NCBI GenBank assembly: GCA_000993205.1
Contig: LBVU01000002.1
Coordinates: 117,079-181,078, forward strand
Direction: 5' to 3'
DNA from: Candidatus Woesebacteria bacterium GW2011_GWB1_39_10
GTDB lineage: Bacteria; Patescibacteriota; Microgenomatia; UBA8517
DNA length: 64,000 bases
This document shows, in pieces, positions 9,177-19,619 of the stretch. Both the position numbers and the translations under genes were made by a program. Position 1 is the stretch's first letter; each line of letters begins with the position of its first letter. The notes under the pieces are model-generated. The model was not told where the DNA came from and did not search any database. It was given only the letters and a program-made list of their open reading frames with translations.

Positions 9177-10856
9177 ATGAAATACATGAAGTTCGTCTTC
9201 GTGTCTGGTGGAGTTTTATCGGGCCTTGGAAAAGGGATTACTGCTTCAGCCCTTGCTCTTCTTCTCAAATCGCGCGGAATAAAAGTAACGCTAATGAAAT
9301 GTGATATGTATTTAAATATCGACGCAGGCACCATGAACCCCATGGAACACGGTGAAGTTTTTGTAACACACGACGGCCTGGAAACCGATCAAGACTTGGG
9401 ACATTACGAACGTTTTACGGGACTTACCCTTAACAAATCAAATTATCTAACCAACGGACAAATTTACAAAGTTGTTTTAGACAAGGAGCGGGCTCTGGGA
9501 TATGGAGGAATTTGTGTACAACCATATCACCACATTCCTCCCGAAATTATAAAAAGATGGAAAGAGGCTGGTGAAAAAAATAAAGCAGATGTTGTAATCG
9601 TTGAATTCGGCGGAACTGTTGGAGAATATGAAGGCCTCCTTTTTTATGAAGCATACCGGAGACTAAAGATGGAAAATCCGTCAGGTGTTTGTTTAATTCA
9701 TGTTGGTTACTTACCCGCACCGAATCACATTGGTGAACTTAAAAGCAAGCCCATGCAACAATCTATTATCAACCTTAATTCTCTTGGCGTTCAACCAGAC
9801 TTTATTGTTGGTCGAGCGGAAAATAACATTGACCTTAAAAGAAAAGAGAAAATTGCCTTTATCGCGGGACTTCCAATAGAAAACATTATTAGCAACCCCA
9901 ACTTATCATCTGTTTATCTACTTCCGGACAAACTTGAAAAAGAAAAATTGGCAGAAAAAGTAATTAAAAAACTACGTCTTGGAACCGGTAAATTAAATTT
10001 GAGCAAATGGCATGCCTTGATCAAAAAGATAGAAAAGGCCAATAAGGAAACCAATATCGCCATCGTTGGTAAGTATCAAAAAACCGGCGATTATATTCTG
10101 GAAGATACATATGTCAGCGTTATCGAAGCCCTAAAACACGCAGGATTTGAACTAGGAATTAAGCCAAAAATCACATGGATAGATTCCGAAGATTTTGATT
10201 ATAAGGAATTAAAAAATTTTGATGGGATTATTGTTCCTCAGGGTTGGGGCAAGCGCGGTGTTGAAGGGAAAATTAAAGCGGTTAAATTCGCCCGAGTTAA
10301 TAAAATTCCGTATTTGGGGCTTTGTTTTGGAATGCAAATGGCAGTTATAGAATTTGCAAGGACAGTCCTTGCAATGAAGGACGCAAATACAACTGAGGCA
10401 GATCCAAAAACAAATTGCCCGGTGATTCATGTAATGAACAATCAAAAAGAGTATCTGCTAAATAAACAATACGGTGGAACAATACGTCTTGGGGCCTGGC
10501 CGTGCAAATTAACCGGAGGGACAATTTTAGAAAAAGCCTACAAAAAATACGGAATGGACAAAGACGCCCCTTGGTTTGTGTCAAATACAAAGCACGAAGC
10601 ACGAAGCACGAAGACGGACATCGTTGTCTACGAAAGACATCGTCATAGATATGAGTTTAATAATAAATTCAAAGAAGAGTTTGAAAAAAATGGTTTTATA
10701 ATATCGGGGACTTCACCGGATGGAACATTGGTAGAAGCGATTGAGTTAGAAAACCATCCATTCTTTGTCGGTACGCAGTTTCATCCTGAATATATTAGTC
10801 GTCCGCTCTCCCCCCACCCAATATTTTTAGCGTTTGTTAAAGCATGTAAAAAATAA
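9177..10856 (+). CDS. pyrG: CTP synthase
   Basis: GGVLSGLGKG, HGEVFV, DLGHYERF, GLCFGMQ, ERHRHRYE, QFHPE. Confidence 0.97.
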   Translation: MKYMKFVFVSGGVLSGLGKGITASALALLLKSRGIKVTLMKCDMYLNIDAGTMNPMEHGEVFVTHDGLETDQDLGHYERFTGLTLNKSNYLTNGQIYKVVLDKERALGYGGICVQPYHHIPPEIIKRWKEAGEKNKADVVIVEFGGTVGEYEGLLFYEAYRRLKMENPSGVCLIHVGYLPAPNHIGELKSKPMQQSIINLNSLGVQPDFIVGRAENNIDLKRKEKIAFIAGLPIENIISNPNLSSVYLLPDKLEKEKLAEKVIKKLRLGTGKLNLSKWHALIKKIEKANKETNIAIVGKYQKTGDYILEDTYVSVIEALKHAGFELGIKPKITWIDSEDFDYKELKNFDGIIVPQGWGKRGVEGKIKAVKFARVNKIPYLGLCFGMQMAVIEFARTVLAMKDANTTEADPKTNCPVIHVMNNQKEYLLNKQYGGTIRLGAWPCKLTGGTILEKAYKKYGMDKDAPWFVSNTKHEARSTKTDIVVYERHRHRYEFNNKFKEEFEKNGFIISGTSPDGTLVEAIELENHPFFVGTQFHPEYISRPLSPHPIFLAFVKACKK

Positions 10857-10942
10857 ATTGTGGATACTAAAAGAATATTCCGAACCACAAGAAATGCCTG
10901 AAAAATCGCCAATCCTTTGACCAAGAGTTTGGTCACGAACTG

Positions 10943-11821
10943 CTAAGTCCGCGAAGAAATAACTGTTTCTAAAGCCGGAGCAATATCAATGATTTCGAAT
11001 TTCTTGGGCAAATGGGACGGTGGCTTTACCGAGTTAGAAGTTATTACTTTTTTAATCAATTTACTTTTCTCCAACTTTTTCCAACCACCTCCGCTGTAGT
11101 CCATGTGTACTGAAGCGACATAAATATTTTTTGCTCCGTTTTCTTTAAGAGTCGCTGTCGCCGTGATAGTTGTACCTCCGGATTGAACCATATCGTCCAC
11201 CAACACGACATTTTTATCCTTGACATCGCCCAGAACTTCCAAAATTTTAACACTTGTGGGAGATATTCGATTTTTTCTAATCCTCACGATTTTTTTCTGT
11301 CCTAGATATTTGGCAAATTCCATCGCTCTATTTACTCCCCCCTCGTCGGGGGAAACGATTGAAAGATTTTTTAAATATTTGAATCTTTCTGCCAACTCTT
11401 TTATTAAACTTATATGCCGTAGTGGTACTTTGAAAAATTTTACGATTCTTTTACTATGAAGGTCTACGGCAATTATTTTGAGTTTCATTCCCCCTATAGA
11501 TTCAATCAAATTCACCAAAACTCTGGAACTCACGGATTGTCCCGGTACTTTCTCCATATCGCTTTTACTATAGCCAAGATATGGAATCACAACAGTAATA
11601 CTTTTTGCTCCGTGATGAAAAACGGTATCGATTGATAGCAAGAGCTCAACTAAATTCTCCGCCGGTGGCTCAGTGGAACCGATAACAACTACGTTCTTAT
11701 TTTTAACATCTTCATTTAACACAACTGATACTTCTCTGTCCGGAAACCTCCCTATAATCAGGTCTCCGTTATCAAGTCCTAAATGTTTAGCGTTACTCGT
11801 TGCCAAAATTATATTTTTCAC
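10943..11821 (-). CDS. prs: Ribose-phosphate pyrophosphokinase
   Basis: FPDRE, VIPYLGYS, DLHS, VSPDEGG, VLVDDMVQSGGT. Confidence 0.92.
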   Translation of the reverse strand: MKNIILATSNAKHLGLDNGDLIIGRFPDREVSVVLNEDVKNKNVVVIGSTEPPAENLVELLLSIDTVFHHGAKSITVVIPYLGYSKSDMEKVPGQSVSSRVLVNLIESIGGMKLKIIAVDLHSKRIVKFFKVPLRHISLIKELAERFKYLKNLSIVSPDEGGVNRAMEFAKYLGQKKIVRIRKNRISPTSVKILEVLGDVKDKNVVLVDDMVQSGGTTITATATLKENGAKNIYVASVHMDYSGGGWKKLEKSKLIKKVITSNSVKPPSHLPKKFEIIDIAPALETVISSRT

Positions 11822-11898
11822 GACTAAAATTATATATCAAATTATGAAGCTGTGTTTTTCGGCATTGATTTAATATAAATTTTTAGCGAAAATTGGAC

Positions 11899-12225
11899 AT
11901 GACAAAATACAAGGAATACTTTAACCGAATGGTTGAAGAAAATAAGGAGGCCTTTGATAAATTTACGCAAAAACACTTTGAATATTCTACGGATGAGGAT
12001 AAATTTCAGACAGAATTCAATAAAGCAGGGGAAGAAATATTAAAGATTATTCACGAATGGGAAGACAGACTTTGTAAAACTTCAGAGAAAGCCGGTTTTA
12101 GCACCTACACAGGTAATCTTGCAGAAAAGTTTCAGGAAGAAGTGCGCGGCCATTTTCCCCTGATTGATCACGTAGGAATCATCGTTAAGCCCGCATTTTC
12201 CCTTAAAAAAATAGTACCCAGATGA
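11899..12225 (+). CDS. Hypothetical protein
   Basis: ~108-aa helical ORF. Confidence 0.75.
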   Translation: MTKYKEYFNRMVEENKEAFDKFTQKHFEYSTDEDKFQTEFNKAGEEILKIIHEWEDRLCKTSEKAGFSTYTGNLAEKFQEEVRGHFPLIDHVGIIVKPAFSLKKIVPR

Positions 12226-12233
12226 ATCCGGAG

Positions 12234-13490
12234 CTATAAAGCTAGTAGTATTGAAGCAATTATCACCAATATCCCCACTCCGCCCGCAACAACTGTCGGC
12301 CAATCCGTACCCGTAACAGGAATTGGCCTGGGTGTTGAACTGGTTCCCGCTGAGGAGCCACTTGCAGTCCCTGTCGCGGTTGGTGTCGCAGTGGCAGTGG
12401 CGGTTGCTGTGGGAGTAGCCGTTGCTGTGGGAGTAGCTGTCGCGGTTGGTGTCGCAGTGGCAGTGGCGGTTGCTGTGGGAGTAGCCGTTGCTGTGGGAGT
12501 AGAAAGACATGTAATCGAAAAATTATCAAATTTTGCAGTAGTTGCTGGAAGTGGGTTGCCAGTTACCGGCATAGCAGCAAGACTGATAATCAAATCATCA
12601 GTTAGCGTGGTTGTAAAAACAATTAATTCTGTGAAAGTTGACGAGTTGGATAGTTTGTATGAAGTTGTAATTTTACCAGACTTTCTTTCGACCTTAAAGC
12701 TGACACTGTCAGTTCCATTAATTACCACAGATTTGTTTTGGTTGCCTGGAACAAAATTAACAGCCACATTATGCGCTTCTTGTTTAATATTTCTTCCAAC
12801 TGTAACTATTTTTGAACCATCTGGACTCACCAAAATAAGTGTTCCAGTAACCGCTCCTGTCCCCGTCTTAGTAAGAGCAGGCGCATCAAAAGTAATCACA
12901 AAATCTCCTGTTAAATATTTGGTACTGGTTATTTTAGATCCAGTTTGTTGCCCAGAAGTTACATCGAGAACCAACTGACCAGAAGACACTTTTGCATCCC
13001 CGACCTTACTCCATTTAGCAGAATCAATTGTGCTATCAAAACTATCAGAAAAGTTGTCTGAACAAGTCATACTTCCAGTTGGCCCCGGAGTTGGGGTCGC
13101 GGCAGCGCACTCAGTCATATCTTTGGTCCAAGCTCCGTTAAGTGACGGGCAGCAATATTGACTCCCTCCACATGATCCTATCCTACCGACTCGGTTACAA
13201 AGCTGTTCGTCCGGAGATCCATCGGCCTGGGCAGGGGTACAATTTCTTAAATGCGAAGGCGCCCCCGTGACAGGACACTGCTCGGCAGTAGGACAAGTTG
13301 TAGTCTGGGCCTTCTCTTGAATATTCTGTCTTTGACGCACAAGAAGTACTCCAGCAACAACACTAAGGATTAAAAAAACAACAATTAAAAAAGTCACTAT
13401 GATCCCCTTTTTTCCAAAACTCTTCTTCTTTGTTGAGGTTACTATTTCAAACGGAGAGGTTGTTTGCTTGTTAAGATTTTGGTCAGGCAT
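12234..13490 (-). CDS. Cell-surface protein with Cys-rich domain, beta-sandwich-like region, (PT/AT)n linker and C-terminal TM
   Basis: N-terminal TM, Cys cluster, TATPTAT repeat, IPVTG motif before C-terminal hydrophobic helix. Confidence 0.8.
   Translation of the reverse strand: MPDQNLNKQTTSPFEIVTSTKKKSFGKKGIIVTFLIVVFLILSVVAGVLLVRQRQNIQEKAQTTTCPTAEQCPVTGAPSHLRNCTPAQADGSPDEQLCNRVGRIGSCGGSQYCCPSLNGAWTKDMTECAAATPTPGPTGSMTCSDNFSDSFDSTIDSAKWSKVGDAKVSSGQLVLDVTSGQQTGSKITSTKYLTGDFVITFDAPALTKTGTGAVTGTLILVSPDGSKIVTVGRNIKQEAHNVAVNFVPGNQNKSVVINGTDSVSFKVERKSGKITTSYKLSNSSTFTELIVFTTTLTDDLIISLAAMPVTGNPLPATTAKFDNFSITCLSTPTATATPTATATATATPTATATPTATATPTATATATATPTATGTASGSSAGTSSTPRPIPVTGTDWPTVVAGGVGILVIIASILLAL
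12371..12502. repeat. Perfect 2 x 66-bp tandem duplication encoding the Thr/Ala/Pro linker
   Basis: Units 12371-12436 and 12437-12502 are identical. Confidence 0.85.
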
Positions 13491-13542
13491 ATCTACAAAT
13501 CATAATACAATGTATACCAATAGCTAGTCAATCGCGTTTTTA

Positions 13543-14928
13543 CTATTCGATCGGAGAATCGTTGACACCAAATCCCGCGTCTTCAATCTGCTTTCTGATT
13601 TCGTCAGCCTCCTCAAACTTTTTCTCTTTTCTTAGTCTCTCCCTTTCAGTCATTAGAATTTTGATATTGTTTGGAATTTCGGATTTAGAATTTCGGATTT
13701 GGCCTAAATTTAGGCCTAATACTTCATCAAAACTAATTGCAAGATCGTATTTATCCTCCGATGGAATGTTACTTTTTAGCACCTCCCACAAAACAGCCAA
13801 TGCCTGAGAAACATTGATGTCATCCGAAAGAGCCATTACAAAATCGTTTCTAAAAGATTCAATTTTTGTTTCCTTGTCCTGAGAAAGAACCGTACGATTT
13901 GTTTGGGATTTAAGATTAGATATCTGAGACCTGAGATTATCAAGCGCATTCTGTGCCGATTTCAGAGATTTCCAAGAAAAGTTAATGCCTTTTTTGTAAT
14001 GAGATGTCAATATAAGATATCTCATGGCCAGTGAATCAAACTCTTTCGCTACAAGTTCCTGAGCAGTAACAAAATTTCCAAGACTTTTACTCATTTTTTC
14101 TCCACCCTTACCCATCAACCAACCATTATGGAGCCAATAATTTGCTGTTTGTTTGCCGAATGCCGCAAACCCCTGAGCAATCTCGTTAGTATGGTGAACC
14201 GCGATGTGTTCAATTCCACCGGTATGGATATCAAAATTATTACCTAAATATTTTGTGGACATTGCAGTACACTCTATATGCCAACCGGGATAACCTTCGC
14301 CCCAAGGACTCGGCCATTTCATAATGTGTTTTGGATTAATTACCCAAAGAAAAAAGTCCCAGGGAAGTTTTTTATCGGGGTCGACCTCTACGTCATTTCT
14401 GGTTTTAGTTTTTTCTAAATTTAGATTCCCAAATTTTGCATAATCAGGAAATTTAGACGTGTCGTAAATTAAACCTTTTTTAGTAGTATAGGAGAATCCA
14501 TTTTTTTCTATTGCCTGGTTTAGTTTTATTTGTTCCGAAATATTTTCAGTGGCCCGGCATAAAACATCCGGTGGACTTATTCCCAAAAGTTTCATACTGT
14601 CTTTAAATTGATTTATATATTTATCGGCAATTTCCCAAACAGTTAATCCTTCTCGTTTTGCGCCTTTTTCCATTTTATCTTCACCAAAATCTTCGTCCGA
14701 TGTCATATGTCCCACATCTGTAACGTTCATTACCCATTTAACATCATTTCCAGCAAAACGAAGGAATCGGACCAATATGTCCCATTGAACGTATGCATAC
14801 ATATGTCCTATATGCTGGTTCCAATATACAGTTGGACCACAGGAATAAATGCCTACCACACCGGGAACATTGGGTATAAACTTTTCTTTTTTGCGGGTTA
14901 GAGAATTTGTAAGGAAAATATCAGCCAC
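13543..14928 (-). CDS. cysS: Cysteine--tRNA ligase
   Basis: CGPTVY, HIGH, PGWHIEC, DIHTGG, KMSKSLGN. Confidence 0.97.
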   Translation of the reverse strand: MADIFLTNSLTRKKEKFIPNVPGVVGIYSCGPTVYWNQHIGHMYAYVQWDILVRFLRFAGNDVKWVMNVTDVGHMTSDEDFGEDKMEKGAKREGLTVWEIADKYINQFKDSMKLLGISPPDVLCRATENISEQIKLNQAIEKNGFSYTTKKGLIYDTSKFPDYAKFGNLNLEKTKTRNDVEVDPDKKLPWDFFLWVINPKHIMKWPSPWGEGYPGWHIECTAMSTKYLGNNFDIHTGGIEHIAVHHTNEIAQGFAAFGKQTANYWLHNGWLMGKGGEKMSKSLGNFVTAQELVAKEFDSLAMRYLILTSHYKKGINFSWKSLKSAQNALDNLRSQISNLKSQTNRTVLSQDKETKIESFRNDFVMALSDDINVSQALAVLWEVLKSNIPSEDKYDLAISFDEVLGLNLGQIRNSKSEIPNNIKILMTERERLRKEKKFEEADEIRKQIEDAGFGVNDSPIE

Positions 14929-14963
14929 GAGCTAATTGTAAATTGTAAATTGTAAATTGTAAA

Positions 14964-15512
14964 TTAGCCAGAAGGAGGAACTGGTTTTTCTACTCTTGTT
15001 TGCTGTTTTTCTGCCTCCTGTTTTTGTCCCCCCTGTTTTCTTCCCTTTTTGGCAGTACCAAACAACGAGCCACCACCTTGCGACTCAGCAAACTCATGTT
15101 GTTTCTTTTGGAATGCCACCGCTTCCATTTGGGCTTTGAGTACTTGTTTTTGTTCCATTGAAAGCTCCGAATAATCCTCCAGTGGAATTATTTCTCCATC
15201 AGTAATTCTGGCTTGAAGATCTTTAAAAATATCCTGTTTGTGAATATCCCCAAGCTCACGTTCCAAGGCTTCTATTAACCTGCTGCTTTTCATTTTATCT
15301 TGAATTTCCTGCTGGTGATGAATAAGTTTTGTTTGTTCTTCTTGGGTTTGGGGTTGTGATTGAAATTCTCCGGAAGATCGTTTTTCCTCTCCGGTTACCT
15401 GAGAACTTGCGGTTTTTAGAACCTCCAGTGGCTCCCGAGCCATTTGCTTGGCAATCTGTTGGGCCAGATTTTTTGCAGATTTAGTTGTGTCTTGGGCAAG
15501 TCCTGTTTTCAT
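14964..15512 (-). CDS. Hypothetical Gln/Glu/Lys-rich protein
   Basis: 182-aa ORF in the - strand gene run. Confidence 0.75.
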   Translation of the reverse strand: MKTGLAQDTTKSAKNLAQQIAKQMAREPLEVLKTASSQVTGEEKRSSGEFQSQPQTQEEQTKLIHHQQEIQDKMKSSRLIEALERELGDIHKQDIFKDLQARITDGEIIPLEDYSELSMEQKQVLKAQMEAVAFQKKQHEFAESQGGGSLFGTAKKGRKQGGQKQEAEKQQTRVEKPVPPSG

Positions 15513-15518
15513 ATATCT

Positions 15519-18239
15519 CTAGTTTTTAAGGGCAAATTCCGCCTTTAATCCCAGTCTACTATATAGTTTTGTTAACTCCACCACATCGTTAGGGTTTAGA
15601 GTCATTAAGTAATCAAAAAATCCTACACCAAATTTACCGTCTATCACCTTTTTCGCCTCATCTTCAGCTTTCTGGTCGCCAATCCTAGCTAACATCAAGT
15701 TGTCATATAGGCCATGTTTTTTTGTGCCCGTTTTCTCAATTAGCATTCTTAAAGGTAAACCGGCGGCATTGAGATATGACATAGGTGAATCTGCTTGACC
15801 GATAAATCGCTCCTTATACAGAAAATTATAATACGTAATTGACGAAAGCGCTTCTTCCAGAAATCTGCCCCTAACTTTTACATCAGGATTATCATAATCA
15901 AAACTATTTTGGAAAGCACGAACAAATCTCTTTTCTCCATTAAATTCAATAAAATGCCTGCCAGTACTATGGAATAACTCCTCAAACAACCTGTCTAAGT
16001 CATCTAATACGAATTTCTGGTCATTTTTCAAGATTGCAAAAGCAATATTTGTATTAGCCCTGTATAACCCTTTCGGTTCGTATTCTGGGTCCAACTCACC
16101 AATCCGAACACCCGCTCTAAAAAATCTATCCGCATCTGCTTCAGATACTATATAAAGTTCACAGCCTTTATAATCTACGCCTAACGGCACATTTTGCTCA
16201 AGAAAATCTTGAGCTTGTTTTTTAATTATTTCCACTCCTGGCATGGCTTCGTCGAAGGCCTCATAAAACGCTTTTGTCCTGTCAATCAAAAAAACTTCGT
16301 GCTCATCTTTTTTCACCGGATCTTCAACAAAATCAGGATAGCTCTCGGGCCTGGGAAGTAAAACTTGAATGGCATCTAAGTCTTCTGGCTTTAGTTTTTT
16401 TTCAAATGATTTTACTGAATCGTAGCCAACAAATTTACTAACTTTCCCCATAATTTGCTTTACCAATCTTCCGGCCAGCCAATCAAGCGTTTCTTTCTCG
16501 CCAAGGTCCCCGCCATCCATGTCAAACTCACTCCCCCCAGGTGCCATACTTTTTACTTTTTCTACAAACTCAAGTGGATTATCCTTATCATGCATCGCAG
16601 CGTAATAAGGTGAATCTACCTGGTCAGCCAGTTCAAGCATTCTTTTTAGAAGATTATCCTTCTTTTCGATGTTTTCAATCTTTAAAAGTTTTCTTGCCAA
16701 AACAAGCCAGTAAATTCCCACATCCATTTTTAAGGACCCCCTGGGAATTACAAGGGTGTCAACTTTCCCAGAAATTAAGGACATATACATCCTAGAAAGC
16801 GCCCTCGGCGTGGGAAACCTAGTTTCACGCACGTAGAAAAAATCCACAGGCCCTGCACCCTCAAGTAAATAATTTGCCCCAATATTTATTACATGTGTTC
16901 CGAAAATGTTTCTTACAGGGTCCGCTGAAACTTGGGACGATTCCTGAAGGTAGCTGGCAAGCGCGTTTAAAGAAATTACTAAACCGTCTTTGGTAAAAAG
17001 AACTTCGTTCAAGGTTTGGTCTCTATCCCCCAGATAAAGTGTATAACCTGTCGGGCCTGTTGAGTTAATTCTTTCGACGTCTTTCGGATCAACTCCGTAT
17101 TTATCTTTTAAAACATTCAGCTCAAATTCATGGTCTATTTTGCCAAAAGTTACAAGATCTAAGTCAGATAGGGGGAGTTCGGCATCTGCTGACAGATTAA
17201 AAAGTATCTTTGCGACAACCCTTGCAAGTCCGCCCTTAATTGCCACTTCGCCATTTACATTTCTTTCTGGCAATGGGTATTCAAAAGTTCCCATTTTGGA
17301 ATGTATAGTTAATTTTTTGTCACTTAAAAAGATTGTGGTAGAACCTGATTGAGCTCCCTGGAACTCTGTTATTGGAATTAATATACCTTCATGGTTTGCT
17401 TCTTTTTGAGGCCCAACTAAAATATCTGATTGAAAATGCATAATATTCAAAACAAAGTCATAGTTAATCAAACTTTCGACTGCTAATTCCGACCTGTCAG
17501 CCGTAGCCAAACGATATTCTAGATATTCTATAAGCGGACTTATATACTTCTGGCAAAAAATCTTCTTAGGATCATTTGCTTCGTCTCCTTCGATAGCGTA
17601 GACACCGTTTCGAACTGCAACCAATCCTTTCAACATGGTTTTTGGATAATCTGCTACAGATTCGACTCCATGTAGACCAGCCAGAAACTTCTCTGTTAAA
17701 GCAGTTTCGTAATAGGTTTTAATTTTTTCTCGCTCACTTTCGCTTAACCCTTTAAAAACTGTTTCATCTAACTGATTCGGAACCTTTGGCTTTTTATCTA
17801 GTTCTGACAATGCATAACTTAAATCAGTCTTTTCAGCAATGGATGCAATTCCCCGAACGGCATCTACTTTGTTTTCAAAAGTTAGATAACGATCACCGCC
17901 TTCTTCATTTTTTTCAAATCCGTAAACGGCATATGGGCCAAAAAATCTAGCAATCTCAAGCTTTACACCTTTTCGTTCCATCGAGGCTACAACATCTTCA
18001 GACAACGGGCCGTCGCTTATTAAACAAGGCTCGTAAACCAAATGGGAAAGTTTTTGTAAAACCTGTGGAGTTAATTCTAAAGGTGGCAATAGCTCCTCCC
18101 CAGTATCAATATTTAATGACTCGCTATCTACTAAGCTAAAAAGTCTTGGATCTGGTTCTTGCACTAAAACAAGTAACGGCTTCGTTAATCCATGAAGTTC
18201 TTCTTGAGATATTTGTTGTTCAGTAAATTGTTCCCCCAT
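15519..18239 (-). CDS. Large protein with a CCA/poly(A)-polymerase-like nucleotidyltransferase head and possible C-terminal peptidase-like region
   Basis: KGGLAR..DLDL (motif A-like), DRDQTLNE (RRDxTxN-like), EELFH..FLEEAL. Confidence 0.6.
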   Translation of the reverse strand: MGEQFTEQQISQEELHGLTKPLLVLVQEPDPRLFSLVDSESLNIDTGEELLPPLELTPQVLQKLSHLVYEPCLISDGPLSEDVVASMERKGVKLEIARFFGPYAVYGFEKNEEGGDRYLTFENKVDAVRGIASIAEKTDLSYALSELDKKPKVPNQLDETVFKGLSESEREKIKTYYETALTEKFLAGLHGVESVADYPKTMLKGLVAVRNGVYAIEGDEANDPKKIFCQKYISPLIEYLEYRLATADRSELAVESLINYDFVLNIMHFQSDILVGPQKEANHEGILIPITEFQGAQSGSTTIFLSDKKLTIHSKMGTFEYPLPERNVNGEVAIKGGLARVVAKILFNLSADAELPLSDLDLVTFGKIDHEFELNVLKDKYGVDPKDVERINSTGPTGYTLYLGDRDQTLNEVLFTKDGLVISLNALASYLQESSQVSADPVRNIFGTHVINIGANYLLEGAGPVDFFYVRETRFPTPRALSRMYMSLISGKVDTLVIPRGSLKMDVGIYWLVLARKLLKIENIEKKDNLLKRMLELADQVDSPYYAAMHDKDNPLEFVEKVKSMAPGGSEFDMDGGDLGEKETLDWLAGRLVKQIMGKVSKFVGYDSVKSFEKKLKPEDLDAIQVLLPRPESYPDFVEDPVKKDEHEVFLIDRTKAFYEAFDEAMPGVEIIKKQAQDFLEQNVPLGVDYKGCELYIVSEADADRFFRAGVRIGELDPEYEPKGLYRANTNIAFAILKNDQKFVLDDLDRLFEELFHSTGRHFIEFNGEKRFVRAFQNSFDYDNPDVKVRGRFLEEALSSITYYNFLYKERFIGQADSPMSYLNAAGLPLRMLIEKTGTKKHGLYDNLMLARIGDQKAEDEAKKVIDGKFGVGFFDYLMTLNPNDVVELTKLYSRLGLKAEFALKN

Positions 18240-18276
18240 ATTTGTGGATACGTGACAGGGTCCGACCCTGTCAATG

Positions 18277-18882
18277 CTATAGTTCGCGGCGGCCTTCTAA
18301 GGCTTGGGTCAGAGTTGTCTCATCAGCATATTCTAAATCTGCTCCCGTTGGAATCCCCATCCCCAGGCGCGTAATTTTTAATTTTAAATTATTAATTTTT
18401 AATTGCTTGCCGAGGTACATGGCGGTAGCATTCCCTTCCATTGTGGGGTTTGTAGCAATAATTAGTTCAGATACTGGATACTCGATACTAGATACTCGCT
18501 TCAGTAAATCGTCAATATATAGTTCATCCGGGCCTATATTTTCCAATGGATTAATCGCCCCATGAAGAACATGATAAACACCTTTAAAATGAGTTCTTTC
18601 GAACGCAAGAATATCTAGGGGTTGCTCTACTACCATCACTAACGATTTGTCCCGCATCGGGTCTGTGCAAATCGGACAAGGGTCGTCCTCACTAATATTT
18701 TTGCAAATTGAACAAAGTTTTGTGTTTTTCTTCAAATTTAGGATTGAATCGGCAAACTCATCGAGTTGGACTTGAGGAACATGCAAAAGATAATAAGTAA
18801 GGCGCTGAGCGCTTTTTGGCCCGATACCAGGAAGCTTGCTAAAAGATTCAATTAGAGCGGTAATGGGACGAGCTATTTTCAT
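18277..18882 (-). CDS. recR: Recombination mediator RecR
   Basis: LPGIGPKSAQR, C4 zinc finger, YHVLHG, TOPRIM ATNPTMEG. Confidence 0.97.
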   Translation of the reverse strand: MKIARPITALIESFSKLPGIGPKSAQRLTYYLLHVPQVQLDEFADSILNLKKNTKLCSICKNISEDDPCPICTDPMRDKSLVMVVEQPLDILAFERTHFKGVYHVLHGAINPLENIGPDELYIDDLLKRVSSIEYPVSELIIATNPTMEGNATAMYLGKQLKINNLKLKITRLGMGIPTGADLEYADETTLTQALEGRREL

Positions 18883-18908
18883 AACATCATCGTGTCGTTC
18901 TAGACCTT

Positions 18909-19331
18909 GTCATTCTGGAGTCCCGCCCTGCGGGACGATAGAATCTTATTAGTATAGAATCTAACTATGATATCAAAAAGTTACTATATATACATCCTCA
19001 CTAATAAATATAACAAAGTCTTATATATTGGTGTCACAAACGACCTGATTAGAAGAGTTTATGAGCACAAAAAACATTTTATTGAAGGCTTCACTCAAAA
19101 ATATCATGTCGACAAATTGGTTTATTACGAGATGTTTGACGATCCTCTAACAGCAATTAAAAGAGAAAAAACTCTAAAAAATTTGTTAAGGAGAAAAAAG
19201 GAAGAACTAATAAACAAAATGAATCCTATGTGGAAAGACTTATATGAAGAAATCTTGAGTTGATAAGATCCTATCGGCCTTCGGGCCTCCAGGATGACAA
19301 TTGGCCTCCAGGATGACATCCTCAGGATGAC
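18909..19331. mobile_element. GIY-YIG gene bracketed by inverted REP-like palindromes
   Basis: gtcattctggag...gatagaatct on the left; agatcctatcg...ctccaggatgac (tail repeated three times) on the right; sits in opposite orientation between ybaB and recR. Confidence 0.6.
18967..19263 (+). CDS. GIY-YIG nuclease family protein
   Basis: YYIYIL, LYIGVTNDLIRRVYEH, LVYYE, AIKREK, NPMWKDL. Confidence 0.93.
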   Translation: MISKSYYIYILTNKYNKVLYIGVTNDLIRRVYEHKKHFIEGFTQKYHVDKLVYYEMFDDPLTAIKREKTLKNLLRRKKEELINKMNPMWKDLYEEILS

Positions 19332-19618
19332 TATTTTCCCAATCCCCCCAGAAGCCCTCCCAAACCCCCGCCCATTTCCATCATTTTCTTAGCAGATTCT
19401 TTTTGCACCCTCTTCATTGCTTCGTTTATCAAATCAACCAACTCCTGCAAATCTTCACCATCTTTTTTGATATAGCGGATTTTCTGATCCCCTGTAACGG
19501 AAACGGTCCAGCCCTTTTTTTCCAAAGTTTCAATTATTTTTTCAAGTTCCTTCTGAAGTTCTGCGGCCTTTTTCCGCATTTCGTTGAGTTGTCCCAGTTG
19601 TTTAAATTTGTCAAACAT
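19331..19618 (-). CDS. YbaB/EbfC nucleoid-associated protein
   Basis: dnaX-ybaB-recR synteny; VSVTGDQKI, LINEAMK. Confidence 0.8.
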   Translation of the reverse strand: MFDKFKQLGQLNEMRKKAAELQKELEKIIETLEKKGWTVSVTGDQKIRYIKKDGEDLQELVDLINEAMKRVQKESAKKMMEMGGGLGGLLGGLGK

Positions 19619-19619
19619 A

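Noticed and set aside
12263-12978. Alternative-frame and antisense ORFs with VAVAVG or PQQ repeats
   Set aside because: By-products of the Thr/Ala/Pro linker repeat in the real - strand gene.
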